Part shown: positions 38,462-51,196 of the stretch, piece after piece
Numbering within the stretch: position 1 is the first letter of the stretch
Layout of the letters: the number at the start of each line of letters is the position of its first letter
DNA from: Hamiltosporidium tvaerminnensis FI-OER-3-3
Lineage: Eukaryota; Fungi; Microsporidia
NCBI GenBank assembly: GCA_022605425.2
Contig: JAKIMF020000011.1
Location: 496,001 to 560,000 of the forward strand
Direction: 5' to 3'
Length of the DNA: 64,000 nt
Notes under the pieces: model-generated
Databases searched by the model: none
What the model saw: only the letters and a program-made list of their open reading frames with translations
What the model was told of the DNA's origin: nothing
Translations under genes and position numbers: made by a program

Positions 38462-39607
38462 TTATTCAGTCAAAACAACCACAAAATCATTACCAACATC
38501 AAAATCTAAAATATTACCAAAATCAAAATCTATTTCCGTTGGTAAATTAGATGTCTCACAATCGTATCCAAGCTCTCCAGAAGTATTAAACCCAAATGAA
38601 AATAAAGTATTTTCTATTTGAATGATAGTAAAATGACCACAAGATCGAATTTTTTGAATTTGAAAATTTGAAATCTCTTCGTAATTATTTGAATCAAAAA
38701 TATTTTTAGAAATATTTTTAACTTTCAATTTTCTTATAACATTTATAGACGTAGGAATATCTCGATGTAACTTATCATTCAAACCAAGCTGTCCTAAATC
38801 ATTTCTACCACAAGAAAATATATTATAATCATTTGCAACAAAGAAACTGTGGTCTTCTCCTCCTTCAGCAGTAACAATATTTTTTAAATCTACTTTTTGT
38901 CTTTTATAAATTGAATTTCTATCGTTTAGTCCAAGCTGTCCATAAATATTTTTTCCCCATACAAATGCCTCACCATCACTATTTATTGCTATCGAATGCG
39001 ATGACCCACATTTTATATCAACAAATTTTTCATTTATTTTTCTTTTCCTTGTTGTAGATATTGTGGTAGGAATAAGACAATTTTTATTTCTTTTACTTAC
39101 TTTCCACCCCAATTGGCCACAAATACCAACACCGAATGTGATTAATACGTTTTTATCAGTTAAAAGTAAAACATGATTGAATCCACATTCGACTTTTACA
39201 ATATTTTTAAGTTTTAATTTTAACGGATATTTTTGTATTTTAATATCTACAGTGAATCCTAGGACACCTGATTCATTTCTAAAAGTACCCCAGGCATACA
39301 CATTTCCTTTTATACTTATTGCAACACTGATTGAACCACCCCCTGCCATATCAACTATTTCTTCCGGAATATTTACCAACCCCGGTATACTTTCATCGCC
39401 ATCTCTACCTAATGCACACTCATCATTACACCCCCACGAATACAACTTACCATCAGTTGTTAGAAGTAGGGTGTGTATTACACCACATTTCACCTTTTTA
39501 ATTTTTATTTCGTCAAAAAATGATAGTCTAACAGGTTTTGATTTTATAATTTCTGTTCCCAATCCTAATTGGGATATTGAATTCGAACCAAATACATAAA
39601 CCGGCAT
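38462..39607 (-). CDS. RCC1: Regulator of chromosome condensation (RCC1-repeat beta-propeller)
   Basis: Seven repeats of the type VYxWGxNxxGQLG...I..V.CG..H; WGCNDECALGR and WGTFR...G are typical of the Ran-GEF RCC1. Confidence 0.9.
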   Translation of the reverse strand: MPVYVFGSNSISQLGLGTEIIKSKPVRLSFFDEIKIKKVKCGVIHTLLLTTDGKLYSWGCNDECALGRDGDESIPGLVNIPEEIVDMAGGGSISVAISIKGNVYAWGTFRNESGVLGFTVDIKIQKYPLKLKLKNIVKVECGFNHVLLLTDKNVLITFGVGICGQLGWKVSKRNKNCLIPTTISTTRKRKINEKFVDIKCGSSHSIAINSDGEAFVWGKNIYGQLGLNDRNSIYKRQKVDLKNIVTAEGGEDHSFFVANDYNIFSCGRNDLGQLGLNDKLHRDIPTSINVIRKLKVKNISKNIFDSNNYEEISNFQIQKIRSCGHFTIIQIENTLFSFGFNTSGELGYDCETSNLPTEIDFDFGNILDFDVGNDFVVVLTE

Positions 39608-41534
39608 TTACAAGGGTTATGATACAAAATCTAAAAATTCTACGGAAAAATAAATTCTTAAGAATTTTGATGAAATTTTTTTATAAAAATTTAGGAAAAG
39701 TTTACAATGAAATAAAAATTTAAATACTCGTATATGAAGTGAAGGAACGATTAAATTATTAAAAAGTAGAACTTTGAATTATTTGAAACATAAAAAAATT
39801 CAATTTTAATTGAATGATGAGTTTACAACAATAATTTACATTTTCTATTGTTGTGATACTAAATTTGAATCATAATTTAGATGTTTTATCAGATTAAATT
39901 ATTTTTTGATACAATTTTAATGATTTAATTGGCGAATTGTTTTGGTAAGGTTTATTTCTGAAACATAAATTCAATAACAGTGATGTATAATTGAATTTAA
40001 ATCACTTTTATCTAGTTTATTTAAAATTATGAACATTATATTTCTTGCAAACACCAATGATTTCGTGTTTCGAATCAAACGAATCAAAATTTTATAATCA
40101 AATATTTACACTTATTGAATAGAGGTTTGAAGTATCTTGCATTCAGTTATTCTAGAATTTTTAACGATATCTTTATTGAATTTTTAGGTAAAAAGTATTT
40201 AATTAATTTGTTTTTGTCAATATCTTTATTTTAGAATGTTAAAGATAATTTCAGTTAATTGCTATTTCTTTCTCAATGAAAGAGAAAATGCAGTTTCAAT
40301 TTTTTTTATTGCGTCAATAAAAGAAATCTTTGTTTATCAAAAACTATTTTAGTATTGTATTTAACATACGGGTAATTAGGATTAGATTGATTTGTTTTCT
40401 TGGAAATATTTGAGTTTTTCAAATATAATTTTTATAAGTTTTAATTTAAAAGTACTTTTCTTTTATTGAATGCAGATTTTCAACTGAAAATTCGTTTTTT
40501 AAATATATATTTGCCATCTTTGAACATTATTAATGTTTTATTGAAATATAGTGATCAAATAATTTATTTAAGATTATTGTGATTATTTTCAATATATATT
40601 TCAAATGAAATTGAATGTAGCTAGCAATTTATGTTTACATATTCCATATTAAGTTATAATTTATTACGATCAGGTAATTCAACTATCGGTTTTATTAAAA
40701 AAACTGTCAGTATTCAGTTTTTTTTCTTTGCTAAGCAAAAAAAGGCTTCACATACCTAACATGCAATTACAACATGACGGTAAACCCAAATTGTATTAGT
40801 ACAAGTATCTAAATACTAGTTTCAAAACTATTATACATCATTTGAATATTCCAATTCTGAATTATACAAATAAATATAATAATATATTTTTCATTGAATT
40901 TGTGCTGGCATATCAAACAAATGAATTAGAAAAAATATTTCGAATATATTAAGAAAAATTATTCAAATTTTTACTTTTAAAACAACAAAGTAGTGCTGTG
41001 ATGTTATAACTCAGTATTTTATGACTAACATTCTATATTATGAATAAAATAAAAAGAATTTATTTGTAAGGTATAGGATCGACTAGAATATATTGGATTT
41101 AGTGACAAATTATCAAATATTGTATATAGCCTGGATTTTTATGTAAATCGTAATACAATGCAAATAAGCTTCTATGTATTAAGTCTTTGGTTTAATTGAG
41201 GTATAAAAATTCATAACAGTTTGAAATCAATAATCTTTCAAGAAAGACAAGCTATTAAGACATATGTTTAAACTTAATCTTATAAATTATAATTGTCAAT
41301 ACAAGTTACATCTGTAACCTTTTTAAAGTGATAGTGAGCTAAAAATTTTAATTTCTGAACCAAGCCTTGGGAATATTGAATTGCATTGGATTTAGAAAAT
41401 TCTTTTAATAAATATACATAGTTCAGAAATATTTTGAAAAAGGTTTTCTATTGATAGTTTGCTAAATCTGCAAGAATTGCTTTTAAAATAGTTTTAAAAA
41501 ATTTTGAAGGTATAAAATACATTTTATTTATTTC

Positions 41535-41730
41535 ATTCCTATTTTACCTCTCAGTATCGAGGAGGAACAAATGAATATTTTCCATTTATTTTTTTTAAGC
41601 TGTTATAATTTGAGATTATAGGGTATTGGCTTACTGATACAATGTGGTTTATATCCCACCAAAATGTCAAGAATGATGTTCATACACTCATAGCCAATCA
41701 GATAGTTTTTACAGCGGTTATCTCCCCTTA
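41535..41730 (-). mobile_element. Short variant element: SINE-like 5' head plus an alternative body
   Basis: Reverse complement GGGGAGATAACC...AAAAACTATCTGATTGGCTATGAGTGT is the head; the body matches 44420-44520. Confidence 0.7.
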
Positions 41731-41789
41731 AGCTAATATAAAAAACCATTTTTATAATTTTTATTAAAATTTTCCGTTGAATTTTTTAT

Positions 41790-42760
41790 ACTCTTCTATA
41801 TCTTTCTTCGGTTAGTTCAGTAGATTACTTTCTTCTTTTGAATCTGACTTTTTGTTTATATTTATTTTAGGTTCATCAAGTGGTTCCTCTATTATTAAAA
41901 AGGAGTATATTACTTTTCATTTTTGCTTTTTAACATCATATTCCTTGTTACTGGATTGTCTTGAAGGAAGTATTGTGTCCCCATGCATTTTGGCTGCTTG
42001 TATACACCTCATAATGCTCTTTACCAACTCTATTAGGCATTTTAATTTGACTCAGTCCGCTCCGTAAATCAAAATAAATTGTTTCTACTTTCTTTTTGTG
42101 CATCATCCACTCAATATATGGATCAATATTCATGGATATTTGAAGTATTTATAATACATCTTATGACATTTTGTCTCAATGCAGTCTTGGGTTATCAGAT
42201 AAGGAATTATCTCAACACTGAATTTATAAATAAGACCCAATCTGTGTGGCTAATACTTCAACTTTCATGATTTTCCGGTTTGGACTTTTCTTAATAAATT
42301 ATTAGAAGTAATTTCTACTTCAAGGAGGTTTATAATATTTTTACTCTTATCTAAAATAAATATATGAGTTTATTCTTACAATTTTTGACATCAGTTTTCA
42401 TCTCCGTGTCTTAGTTTATTTCCCCATACTCGATTTCAAAGATTTTCTTGAATTGAACGGATCTTTATTGGTTCGTAGACATAGATTTAAATATAAGCAG
42501 AAGAAGTAGGTTTAGGCACCTAGTTCCTAAATTATGTCGTCTGGTATAACCATGCAAGAAAAAATTCTGACATCTAATCACTTATAATTTACTGTTTTCC
42601 AAACTGTTTGCAGGTTTGCAACTTTCCTTCTGCTTCCCATAATACATTTCTACATGAAATATCCTGGACACTTTTCCTCGTGTATTTATATATTAACATT
42701 TCTTAGCCATAAAGAAAACAAAACACTCAAAAGCTAATTTCTTCTGATATAACTTTTAAT
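41790..42760 (-). mobile_element. Degenerate RLE non-LTR retrotransposon 3' fragment
   Basis: Reverse strand retains remnants of the CxxC zinc knuckle, YTRRHN, IIPY and NIDPYI, colinear with the 56-kb copy. Confidence 0.7.
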
Positions 42761-43149
42761 TTAATTCTCAATCTTATATTAAATAATTTAACTTTGCCGA
42801 TTGCAGACTTTTTAATTTATTTTTGCTGGGTTTCTATACGAAATTTTCATTAAAGCTTAAATACTTAATCATTTCCAATCAAATTCTTGTTTTCACATAT
42901 TAAAAACCTGATTAACATTCACTTTAATAAGTAAATAATAAAATATATTTTAAATTGAGCCTAAAATGTTTCATCTCTTTTTAAATTATAGGTATTTGAA
43001 CTATTTATAGCCAATTATTTGTTAATCCAGTAATATTCTTATTAATCAATTTCATTCTTTTAAATTTTACTCCGATTCATTCTTTATTTGATCTGATTAA
43101 AACTTAGGGGTTCAAGGATTTAGGTATTTGCTTTTTTAGCCCGCTATTG

Positions 43150-43400
43150 CCTATCAGAATTAATATATGTAATAAAATATTAACTCTTCTACGCTCTTTC
43201 AACAATCTATGTATTTACTCGTTTAACACGCTATTTATTATCAGAATTAATATATTTAATAAAATTTTAACTCTTCTACGCTCTTTCAACAATCTATGTA
43301 TTTACTCGTTTAACACGCTATTTCTTATCAGAATTAATATATGTAATAAAATATTAACTCTTCCACGCTCTTTCAACAATTTATGTATATTTATTACCTC
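43150..43400. repeat. Tandem repeat, 87-bp unit, about 2.8 copies
   Basis: tatcagaattaatatatgtaataaaatattaactcttctacgctctttcaacaat occurs three times. Confidence 0.9.
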
Positions 43401-43953
43401 TTTTATCGTATTTACTATTTACTTTAACAGCATTCTTTGATCAAAAAAAGATTAAAAAATCTTAGAATGATATATTGAATTATATTCTCAGATTATTAAT
43501 AGTATTTATTACTTACTAGATACATTTTATTGTACTTCGTAACAATACCATCACAGATAATCACTTAATAAATTATTTCAATTTTATATTTACAAATAAG
43601 ACACTATACACTTAGATATATGTCATAGCTTAATGGCTTCAAACAATTGAAATTGGCTTTTTTTAAAATAATATTATGATATTATATTGTATAAGTAATA
43701 GATTATTAGAAAAAGAAATAATTGTAAAGAAAAAAAAAATTATAACTTTAAAAAAGTATTAATGACAGTTAATATTTTACTATTTTACTCTAAACAAGAT
43801 TTTAATATAATTCTAAAATATAATAAAAACAGAGTCACCATTTTCTCAAATATACAACTATATTCCAAATAAATTTTAATAGTAAATCCTATTTCTTAGA
43901 AAAAAGCAAGAAAATATTTTTTTCTAATCATTTTTTATTAATAAATGAAATAT

Positions 43954-44241
43954 TTATTTATTCTGATACAAACACTTTAAAACATCATTCTCTACTTTTT
44001 CATCAAAAATTTCATTTTTTCTTTCTTTTACAATTTCAAAATTATTTTTTAATGATTTTATTCTTTCCAAATCTTTTATGTCCAATGTATTTGTAAGTTT
44101 ACCTAGTGCTATCTTTAATGTAAGATAAGTAAAAAGCATTTTTGATTCATATTCAAGAGATTCTATTATTCCTTGGGGTAGTTTTTTACTTGAATCTATC
44201 AATCCTTCGATTTCTTTGAGTTTATCCATTATTTCTTCCAT
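43954..44241 (-). CDS. Small helical protein (95 aa); possibly C1D/Rrp47-like exosome cofactor
   Basis: CCC-ATG start at 44241 (MEEIMDK...). LE...TY...L.KL...DLERIK resembles the Sas10/C1D pattern; identity weak. Confidence 0.55.
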   Translation of the reverse strand: MEEIMDKLKEIEGLIDSSKKLPQGIIESLEYESKMLFTYLTLKIALGKLTNTLDIKDLERIKSLKNNFEIVKERKNEIFDEKVENDVLKCLYQNK

Positions 44242-44314
44242 GGGTAGAAATAATAATAGATGATATATAGATTGTCGTTTTTCCAGGGCTATGGCTATCA
44301 CTTTAAACGGGTGA

Positions 44315-44520
44315 AAGAGGGTAAAATATTAAAAACTATCTGGTTGGCAATGAGTGTGTGAAATTGGTATGAAAATTTTGGTTGATTTTTGGTGCGATTT
44401 GAACCACATTTTATTTATAGGCCAATCTCTTTTAATCTCGAGTCTCAACAGATTAAAAGAGCAATCGGAAAATTTCCAGTTGTTTATCCTCGACACCGAG
44501 AGGTAAAAGAGGAATTTAAT
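44315..44520 (+). mobile_element. Short variant element: SINE-like head plus alternative body with internal hairpin
   Basis: aaaaactatctggttggcaatgagtgtgtgaaattgg head, then ctcttttaatct...agattaaaagag inverted repeat. Confidence 0.7.
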
Positions 44521-44527
44521 AAGTGAG

Positions 44528-45460
44528 TATCAAATCAATAACCGAGAAATTACAAAAAAAAATTATAAATATTAAATTCAAATAAAAAAAACGCCACAAA
44601 TTAATTTATTTATTTCTTTTTTCTTTCTTAGCAGCAACTCGCATATTTCTTCGTAAAGATCCAAACATTTTATATTTCTTTTTTCTTGTATCTTTACGAA
44701 GACGTCTTGGTACTTTGTCTGCTACAACACCTGTTTTTCTTGCAATCACATATGAATGTTCAGTAGAATTGAGTGTAGAAATTTCTTCATAAATTTTGGC
44801 TTCTGCTGTAGTCTCATGTAAACCAAAAGCTGTACGACAGTTTCTTACTATAACGAGTGATGGATCTGTTTGAAAAAGATACGCAAGTTTTTTTGTAATT
44901 TCATCTTTCTTAGGAGTTGAAGAGTTTGGATGTGCAAGTTTTACTTTAATAAGTTGTCTAGAAAGAAGAGGATTTGGTATTGTTTGAGTGATTGTAAGTG
45001 TAAATGAAGACATTCGTAAGGGTTGTTTTATTTCTTATAATAAATTATTTTGAAAGTTAAACAAGAAAATTTATTTATAAAAAAATAAATCAAAGAGAAA
45101 TCTAAAATTTTTATGAAATTTAAAAATATTTATAGACTGTGATGTAAGCAGAATGTGTAATAAGAATTAGGGAATAAGAAAGTGAAAGAGTGTTATGTAA
45201 TAAAAGAGGTAGAATAAGATGAAGAAAGGATTACTAAGAATTTCTTGGATACAGGGTGGAGTTTTAAACTTATAAAAGTGTAAAATATTGTAATAATTAC
45301 GAATTCAAAAAAATTAAAGATTTTTTCATTACTAATATTACTCTGTATTTCATGCTTTATATTGTTTTTAATTTATCTAATATTTTAAAAGAAATTTACA
45401 TTGTAATTTTTTAAGAGATCTATTGGTAGAAAAAATAAATTTCTTTTGTTTTTCAAAAAA
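44528..45460 (-). repeat. Arm 2 of the inverted duplication containing RPS24
   Basis: Reverse complement of 34618-35550. Confidence 0.92.
44606..45013 (-). CDS. RPS24: 40S ribosomal protein eS24, second copy (identical protein)
   Basis: 135-aa translation identical to that of 35064-35471. Confidence 0.93.
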   Translation of the reverse strand: MSSFTLTITQTIPNPLLSRQLIKVKLAHPNSSTPKKDEITKKLAYLFQTDPSLVIVRNCRTAFGLHETTAEAKIYEEISTLNSTEHSYVIARKTGVVADKVPRRLRKDTRKKKYKMFGSLRRNMRVAAKKEKRNK

Positions 45461-46119
45461 TATTTTACACATTGTATTACTTCTATATATTTGATACAAA
45501 AATCTGTAAAATTTACTCAGATATCTGTTCATAATAGAGATTGCAAAAATTGATTTTTTTTAATATATAAGTTGATATTGTTTATTATAAAGTTAAAAAA
45601 ACATAGTAATCCAAATGAAAGCAAAATTCTATTTGATTTTGACTCAAAAATGAATTTTTCAAAATCATTTATATGATTCGGATCTTTTAACAAAATTATT
45701 AATGCATGCCACGGTCGATAGTGTCTTCGTTATTTCTAATACATTTTTATTGATGACACCTTTTATATATAATAGATATATGTTATTTATAGAATAATTC
45801 CTATCCTATAGTTTCCGGGTTGTTTTGAAATTACTTAAATTTCCATTGCTCCTATGATATTTCTATATTTATATGGTCAGATTATGGTCTTTGAATCTAA
45901 ACGATAAACAGGCAATATAATAAAAAATAATTCAATACAAATTTTTAGGTTTGGCATTGTTTGATATTATAGATTTGGTATGTGGTTTCTAGTGCAATAA
46001 CGAGTTATAAGAAAACAAATTTCAGGAGCAAATTACTATTGATAATGAATAAATGTACAAAAATAATATAATTCTTTATTTCCTATTTTTTTAATTTTTA
46101 TTATTAATAGGAAAAAATA

Positions 46120-47480
46120 ACCATGGCAAAATGCCAACGATTGTAATTGGCTAAAACACAGAAGAAAAGAATATCATAGTGATTTTTTTTGAAGACTGAA
46201 TAGTATTCAGCTAACTACACTAAAGAAGACAAAGGTTTTTTTGAGAAGAAAGTCAAATCAATTTATATCCTTGGCGACTATCTTTAGTTTAAAGGGTTCG
46301 AACAAATGTTGAAGGTTGTTTTTGAAGTTGAACAGAGGCTAATTAAAGGCATAATAGAGACAGAACATTCTGTAGCACACTGTGGAATATATAAATAATT
46401 GGATTAATTGGACCAAAATATTATGAAATTGCCAAGACATTCATGATTAAATATGTTAAACCTCGTGGAGTATGTAATAGATATACTTCTTTGAAAAAAA
46501 TTCCGTCAATTTATAAACAATCTGAAAAGAAAATTTGATTTATTTATAGTTGATTGTGTAGATCTTAGAAGATACGCTGATCAAAGTGGTGGGATTTTTG
46601 GATTTAAACGTAATCAGCAGTTATACGGCGCATTTCAGGGGTTTTAAGACGATCAGCAAGACTTCACAGTTCGTAGAGGATTCATATAATTTCCATTTGA
46701 TACTTTTGGTCCTCCGGTAACGATTCAATCTGAAAATAGTAAAGAATTTTAAACTGCATGGCATGATACATGCCCAATGTTTTTACGACTCAAATTATAT
46801 TAGAAGAACACATAATTCAAAAGCCCAGGGATAATTTGAACAGGTAAACCAAACAATTAAAAGATGTTATCAAAAAAGGGTATATGTTACTGGTACAAAA
46901 AGATGGATTGGTTTTTAAATGAATTATATGGGCTTATAATAGAAAATACATGGAAACATACATAAAACACCGTTTTAATCTTCTTTCGGTCAACTTGGAT
47001 TAAATAATATTCTTTCTAGTACTATTGTAACTGAGAAACTAAAATATAATTTAGTAATATTCAAAAAAATTAGTTCGAAGGTATAAGCATCAAGAAACCA
47101 TGATATAAGATGTACACAATGGAATTTAGATATTGCATCAGAAATATATAATGAAGTAAATTAGTCTAGATACATTGCTCAATCTTCAACAATAACTGCT
47201 TCTGCAATCGATCAGAATCTTGAAAGTGATACTGAAGTCTGTAAACATTTTGAAAAATATTAAAAAAAAAATCATAGAAAATAAAGGTTCAAATAAACCA
47301 ATAAGAATTCTTTGATTTGTGATAAGGTTTTGCTCAAAAAAGGCTTTTGACATGATACAAAGACTAAACGCGCTCAGTTTTATTTTTTTATAATGATTCT
47401 GTATTTACAGTAACAAATATTTTTATTAATAATATGATAGAATTGGAGAACATTAATGAGGAAAAACGAAACTTCTGAAA
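46120..47480 (+). pseudogene. Degenerate rve integrase/transposase (Ginger/GIN- or KRBA2-like) relic
   Basis: Remnants HSVAHCG (zinc-binding), DCVDLRRYADQ, FGPPVTIQSENSKEF (cf. FGxPxxxQSDNGxEF) and QG*FEQVNQTIKR; many stops. Confidence 0.75.
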
Positions 47481-47894
47481 ATGCGTACTAAAGCGGATTT
47501 GAACTACTTTTTTTTTAAAAATGTGCTATTTTTAAAATAAGAAATGCTAACATAAAAGGAAATGCTCCAATTTTAATAAGTATAGCCCAAAATATTTTTG
47601 AAGGAAAGATATAATTAAAAGTGTATAAACATTTACTTCACTTTTCCCCTATAATATTTAGAAACATAATACTTCATTTTTAATCTGAAGGGGTTAAAGA
47701 TGAACTAATAAAAAATATGGGGGTTATTAGAAATAAAGGGGGAACTATGATCATGGAAGCATGAACCATGACAATACATAAGGATATAAGCGAAAAAATT
47801 AGTGAATATGTTGCTCGGTTTTCTACTTTGATGCTAAAAATTTAAAATTTTGTTCGTTTTAACTATATAAAAATAAAATTTATATTTAAAAAAT

Positions 47895-48780
47895 ATCAAG
47901 TGTAAAAATATGTGGAATATGCTAAATAATTTAATGGCGTTGACTTAGTTCTAGTTTTGACATCGATACAAGCTTTGAAGACTCCATCAGTACTCCTACG
48001 GTACCAACATCCCAAATATTTCCACCCGAGTGTATATAGAAAAAATTTTATAAGCTGAAACCCGCTCGAAGTCTGTTAATTTATTCTCCCTGGTGTCTGA
48101 TCTCAGATGAAAATCCACTTATGGCTCCTCAAGATTAACAGGATTCCTACTTTCTCACACATACCGAGCTAAGTAAACCTCTAGCTAAGATTTATTTCTG
48201 CGACTTACATGGGTTCAACCTTGAAGTTTAAATTTTATTGATAGATATAATCAACTACTTAGGTTTCTTGCTTCTTTAAGTTGTTTGTTTGTATCTCTAA
48301 GGCGATAATTATTCCAACTCGAGGGACCAAGGCTTAGTTTTCATTCCTTTGCATTGTAATTACCAACTATTTCGGGATAGAGCTTAAATCTGGGCAATTA
48401 AAACCTCTTTTAGAAAAATTTTAAATTAGTTATTAATCTTCAACTTCTTATACAAATTCCTGAAAATTCTTACTTAATACTGCTTTTTATTTCTCGGTGT
48501 TAAGGAGAACAGATGGAACGTAAATTTTCTGTCGCTGGTGCAAATATTGGCATTTATTAACCTATTCCTCTTTTACGAAACCTGATTCAAAGAAATCGAA
48601 TCATTTTAACATTCACGTGTTCTTATATTTTATTATTTAACCTTATGCATTTATCTCTCAAAAGTCACAGCCAGAACACCGCGTTAAATCATTTGATTTT
48701 GAGGCATTTCTCTATGTTTCCTTTTGGTTCTTTTAATCTGTTATAATTCAGAATACTGAGGATTGCCTCATAGATCCAGA
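47895..48780 (-). mobile_element. Degenerate SINE-like copy carrying both body types
   Basis: The 3' part matches the standard body (ctccatcagta, ctagctaagat); 48480-48770 matches the alternative body (ctcggtgt, tcttttaatctgtt). Confidence 0.6.
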
Positions 48781-49598
48781 TTAATTTCTACTCAATGAAA
48801 AATTCAAAACATATTTTCACATACCTATTTCTAAATAAATGTTTTTTTGTCGTTATTTTTATTCAGCCTATTAAGATTTTATTAGAATGATTTATTTAAA
48901 CTTTTAAAACCATTGTTTTAGATACAAGAATATTAATATATATCAATCCAGCACCCACAAAAAAAAGCTTCGAAAACGTGTGTATGTTTAATTCCGAAGG
49001 TTGAAGACCTGGTGTCGCCCCAAAACTAGATGGATAGATAATGTTAAAAATAAACAGTAACCTTGGTATAAACGAATGGAAAAGATTAGCATTTAATCGT
49101 GAAAGGTGAAACTTATTAATAAATGAGGCTATGGTTCTTAATAGGTGTAATGCCATTGAGTAAGTAAATAAATCAATCAAAAAAAAACGTTAGATATATT
49201 TTTTTAATAATATTTTCGGTATACTGTTTCTAAAATAAATTTCGACTTTAAAATAAAAATTATTTATAATAAAAACCTAAATATGAATTTGAGTTTAAAT
49301 TTCAGAAGTTATATTACGTGAAATATTTTTTTTTAAGAATTTAAAAACAAATTTGAATCGCAGAAACTTAATTGCGAAACACATAGTAAAATAAACAGGT
49401 CATGCCTTTGTTTTGGTGGTTAAAAAAACACTCTTTCATACTTTATTATACAGTGGTTTCTCAAAACCTACACAAAAGCATCGATATGCTTTATAGATCA
49501 ATTAAAATCGAAAACTCAGAAAAAAAATAGAAAAAAGGTTCTAATATTTTCCTCATATTTTAAAAATAAACAACAATCGATCATAGAAATACTATATA

Positions 49599-51196
49599 TA
49601 GGGTTTTTCGATCAATATAATAATCCTTGCAATCAATATAATAATTTTTCGATCAATATAATAATCCTTGCAATCAATATAATAATCCTTGCAATCAATA
49701 TAATAATTATTTTTAAAAAATAGAAATTTAAAAAAAAAATTAAAAAAATAGAAATTTATCAAATAAAAATTTAAAAAATAAAATTATAAATAGTACTTGA
49801 GATTTATTATTACTCAAGAATCATTTGCCCTACCTCAGCCTTTTGCAAATATCCTAACATTTTACGGTAAAAAGAACTACAATGTTCTCCCGTGATTTCA
49901 TTAAATTTTTCATAAATTAATATTCTCAACTCAGGCTCAGTACGAGCACCACTCGAATTACTTTATTTTTCCAGACTGAGAATACATTCGCAATTGGATT
50001 AAGAAAAGGAGAGTAAGGTGGAAGATATTTTATTCGATACGAAGCAATTTCCTCATCATCATTCAATCCTCGATAGTGATGAATTCTCGCATTGTCCATT
50101 ACAAATATTGGAGTCAAAATTCCTTGCCTTTGACAACTTTCATTAATCTCCTTAATGAATAATTTGAATTCTTATCATTTACGGCTCTCTCATGAATCTT
50201 ATGGTATATCATACCATATTTGTTCATTGCTGCGACTACTGAAATATTTCTACTTCGAGCTGTTGTTGCAGATAAATATGCAGATTCACCTCTCATGTTA
50301 CGACCTCTACGTGGGCGTGTGACTACTGCAAACCCAACTTCATCTAAAAAGACAAAGTTTTTGTCATCGTTATCAACCTCCAACTCACGAAAACTAGTTG
50401 CGTAATTGGTTCTTAGCTCAATTGTCGAAAGTGTATTCTACGCTCAGACACTAATGTTACACGCTTTGGAGTGTAACGGAACTCCCTTGGTGCGCGATCG
50501 ATTGTACTAGTTGACACATCAACATTAAATGTACATTTAACCCATTTTGCCAACTCATACAGGGTTTTTTACGCTCAAAATCTCCATAGGTTTGTAAGCT
50601 CTCTTTTATTTCCAAAGTTAACTTTGAGCGCCTATGACCACCTCTTTTCTCGACAAATACCAAGCCAGTTTTTAAATATCGTCTAACGATACTATTAACC
50701 GTCTGGTAATTTATTCGATACATCGAGGCAATTGCGGACATAGAATAGCATTCTAATGTCTTTTCAATTGTGCGTTCCCGATCATTAATAGAAACTTTTT
50801 GTTTCCTCAGAGTTGGAATGGTGGTTATGGAGAGATTTTCATCATTTGATCCCGATGTTTCTACAAGACACTTCAAAACATTGTCATTTTCGCACTCTAT
50901 ACATTCTGGTGTTTCACCTACATGAAAATCATATTTGTTCTCGTTGGTATTTTTACCTGAAAAAGAATTTGACATGGAAGTTAATTTTATAATGAATGAA
51001 TTATTTTTTAAATTTTTATTTTATAAATTTCTATTTTTTAAAAATAATTATTATATTGATTGCAAGGATTATTATATTGATTGCAAGGATTATTATATTG
51101 ATCGAAAAATTATTATATTGATTGCAAGGATTATTATATTGATCGAAAAATTATTGTATTGATTGCAAGGATTATTATATTGATTGAAAAACCCTA
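49599..51196 (-). mobile_element. IS630/Tc1-mariner DNA transposon with long TIRs made of ~21-bp tandem units and a TA TSD
   Basis: TA|TAGGGTTTTTC...GAAAAACCCTA|TA ends; repeats of caatataataatccttgcaat mirrored at both ends. Confidence 0.93.
49800..50975 (-). pseudogene. Frameshifted DDE_3 transposase
   Basis: HTH (SMSAIASMYRINYQTVNSIV), VFLDEVGF, MDNARIH and YLPPYSPFLNPIANVFS (catalytic E replaced by A), spread over several frames. Confidence 0.9.

Noticed and set aside
43147-43440. 97-aa repetitive ORF
   Set aside because: It starts at TTG and merely reads through an 87-bp tandem repeat.
49601-49710. 21-bp array resembling CRISPR or iterons
   Set aside because: It is mirrored at 51050-51195 as part of the transposon TIR.
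50935-51162. 75-aa ORF with YYIDCKD repeats
   Set aside because: It is a translation of the TIR repeat array.
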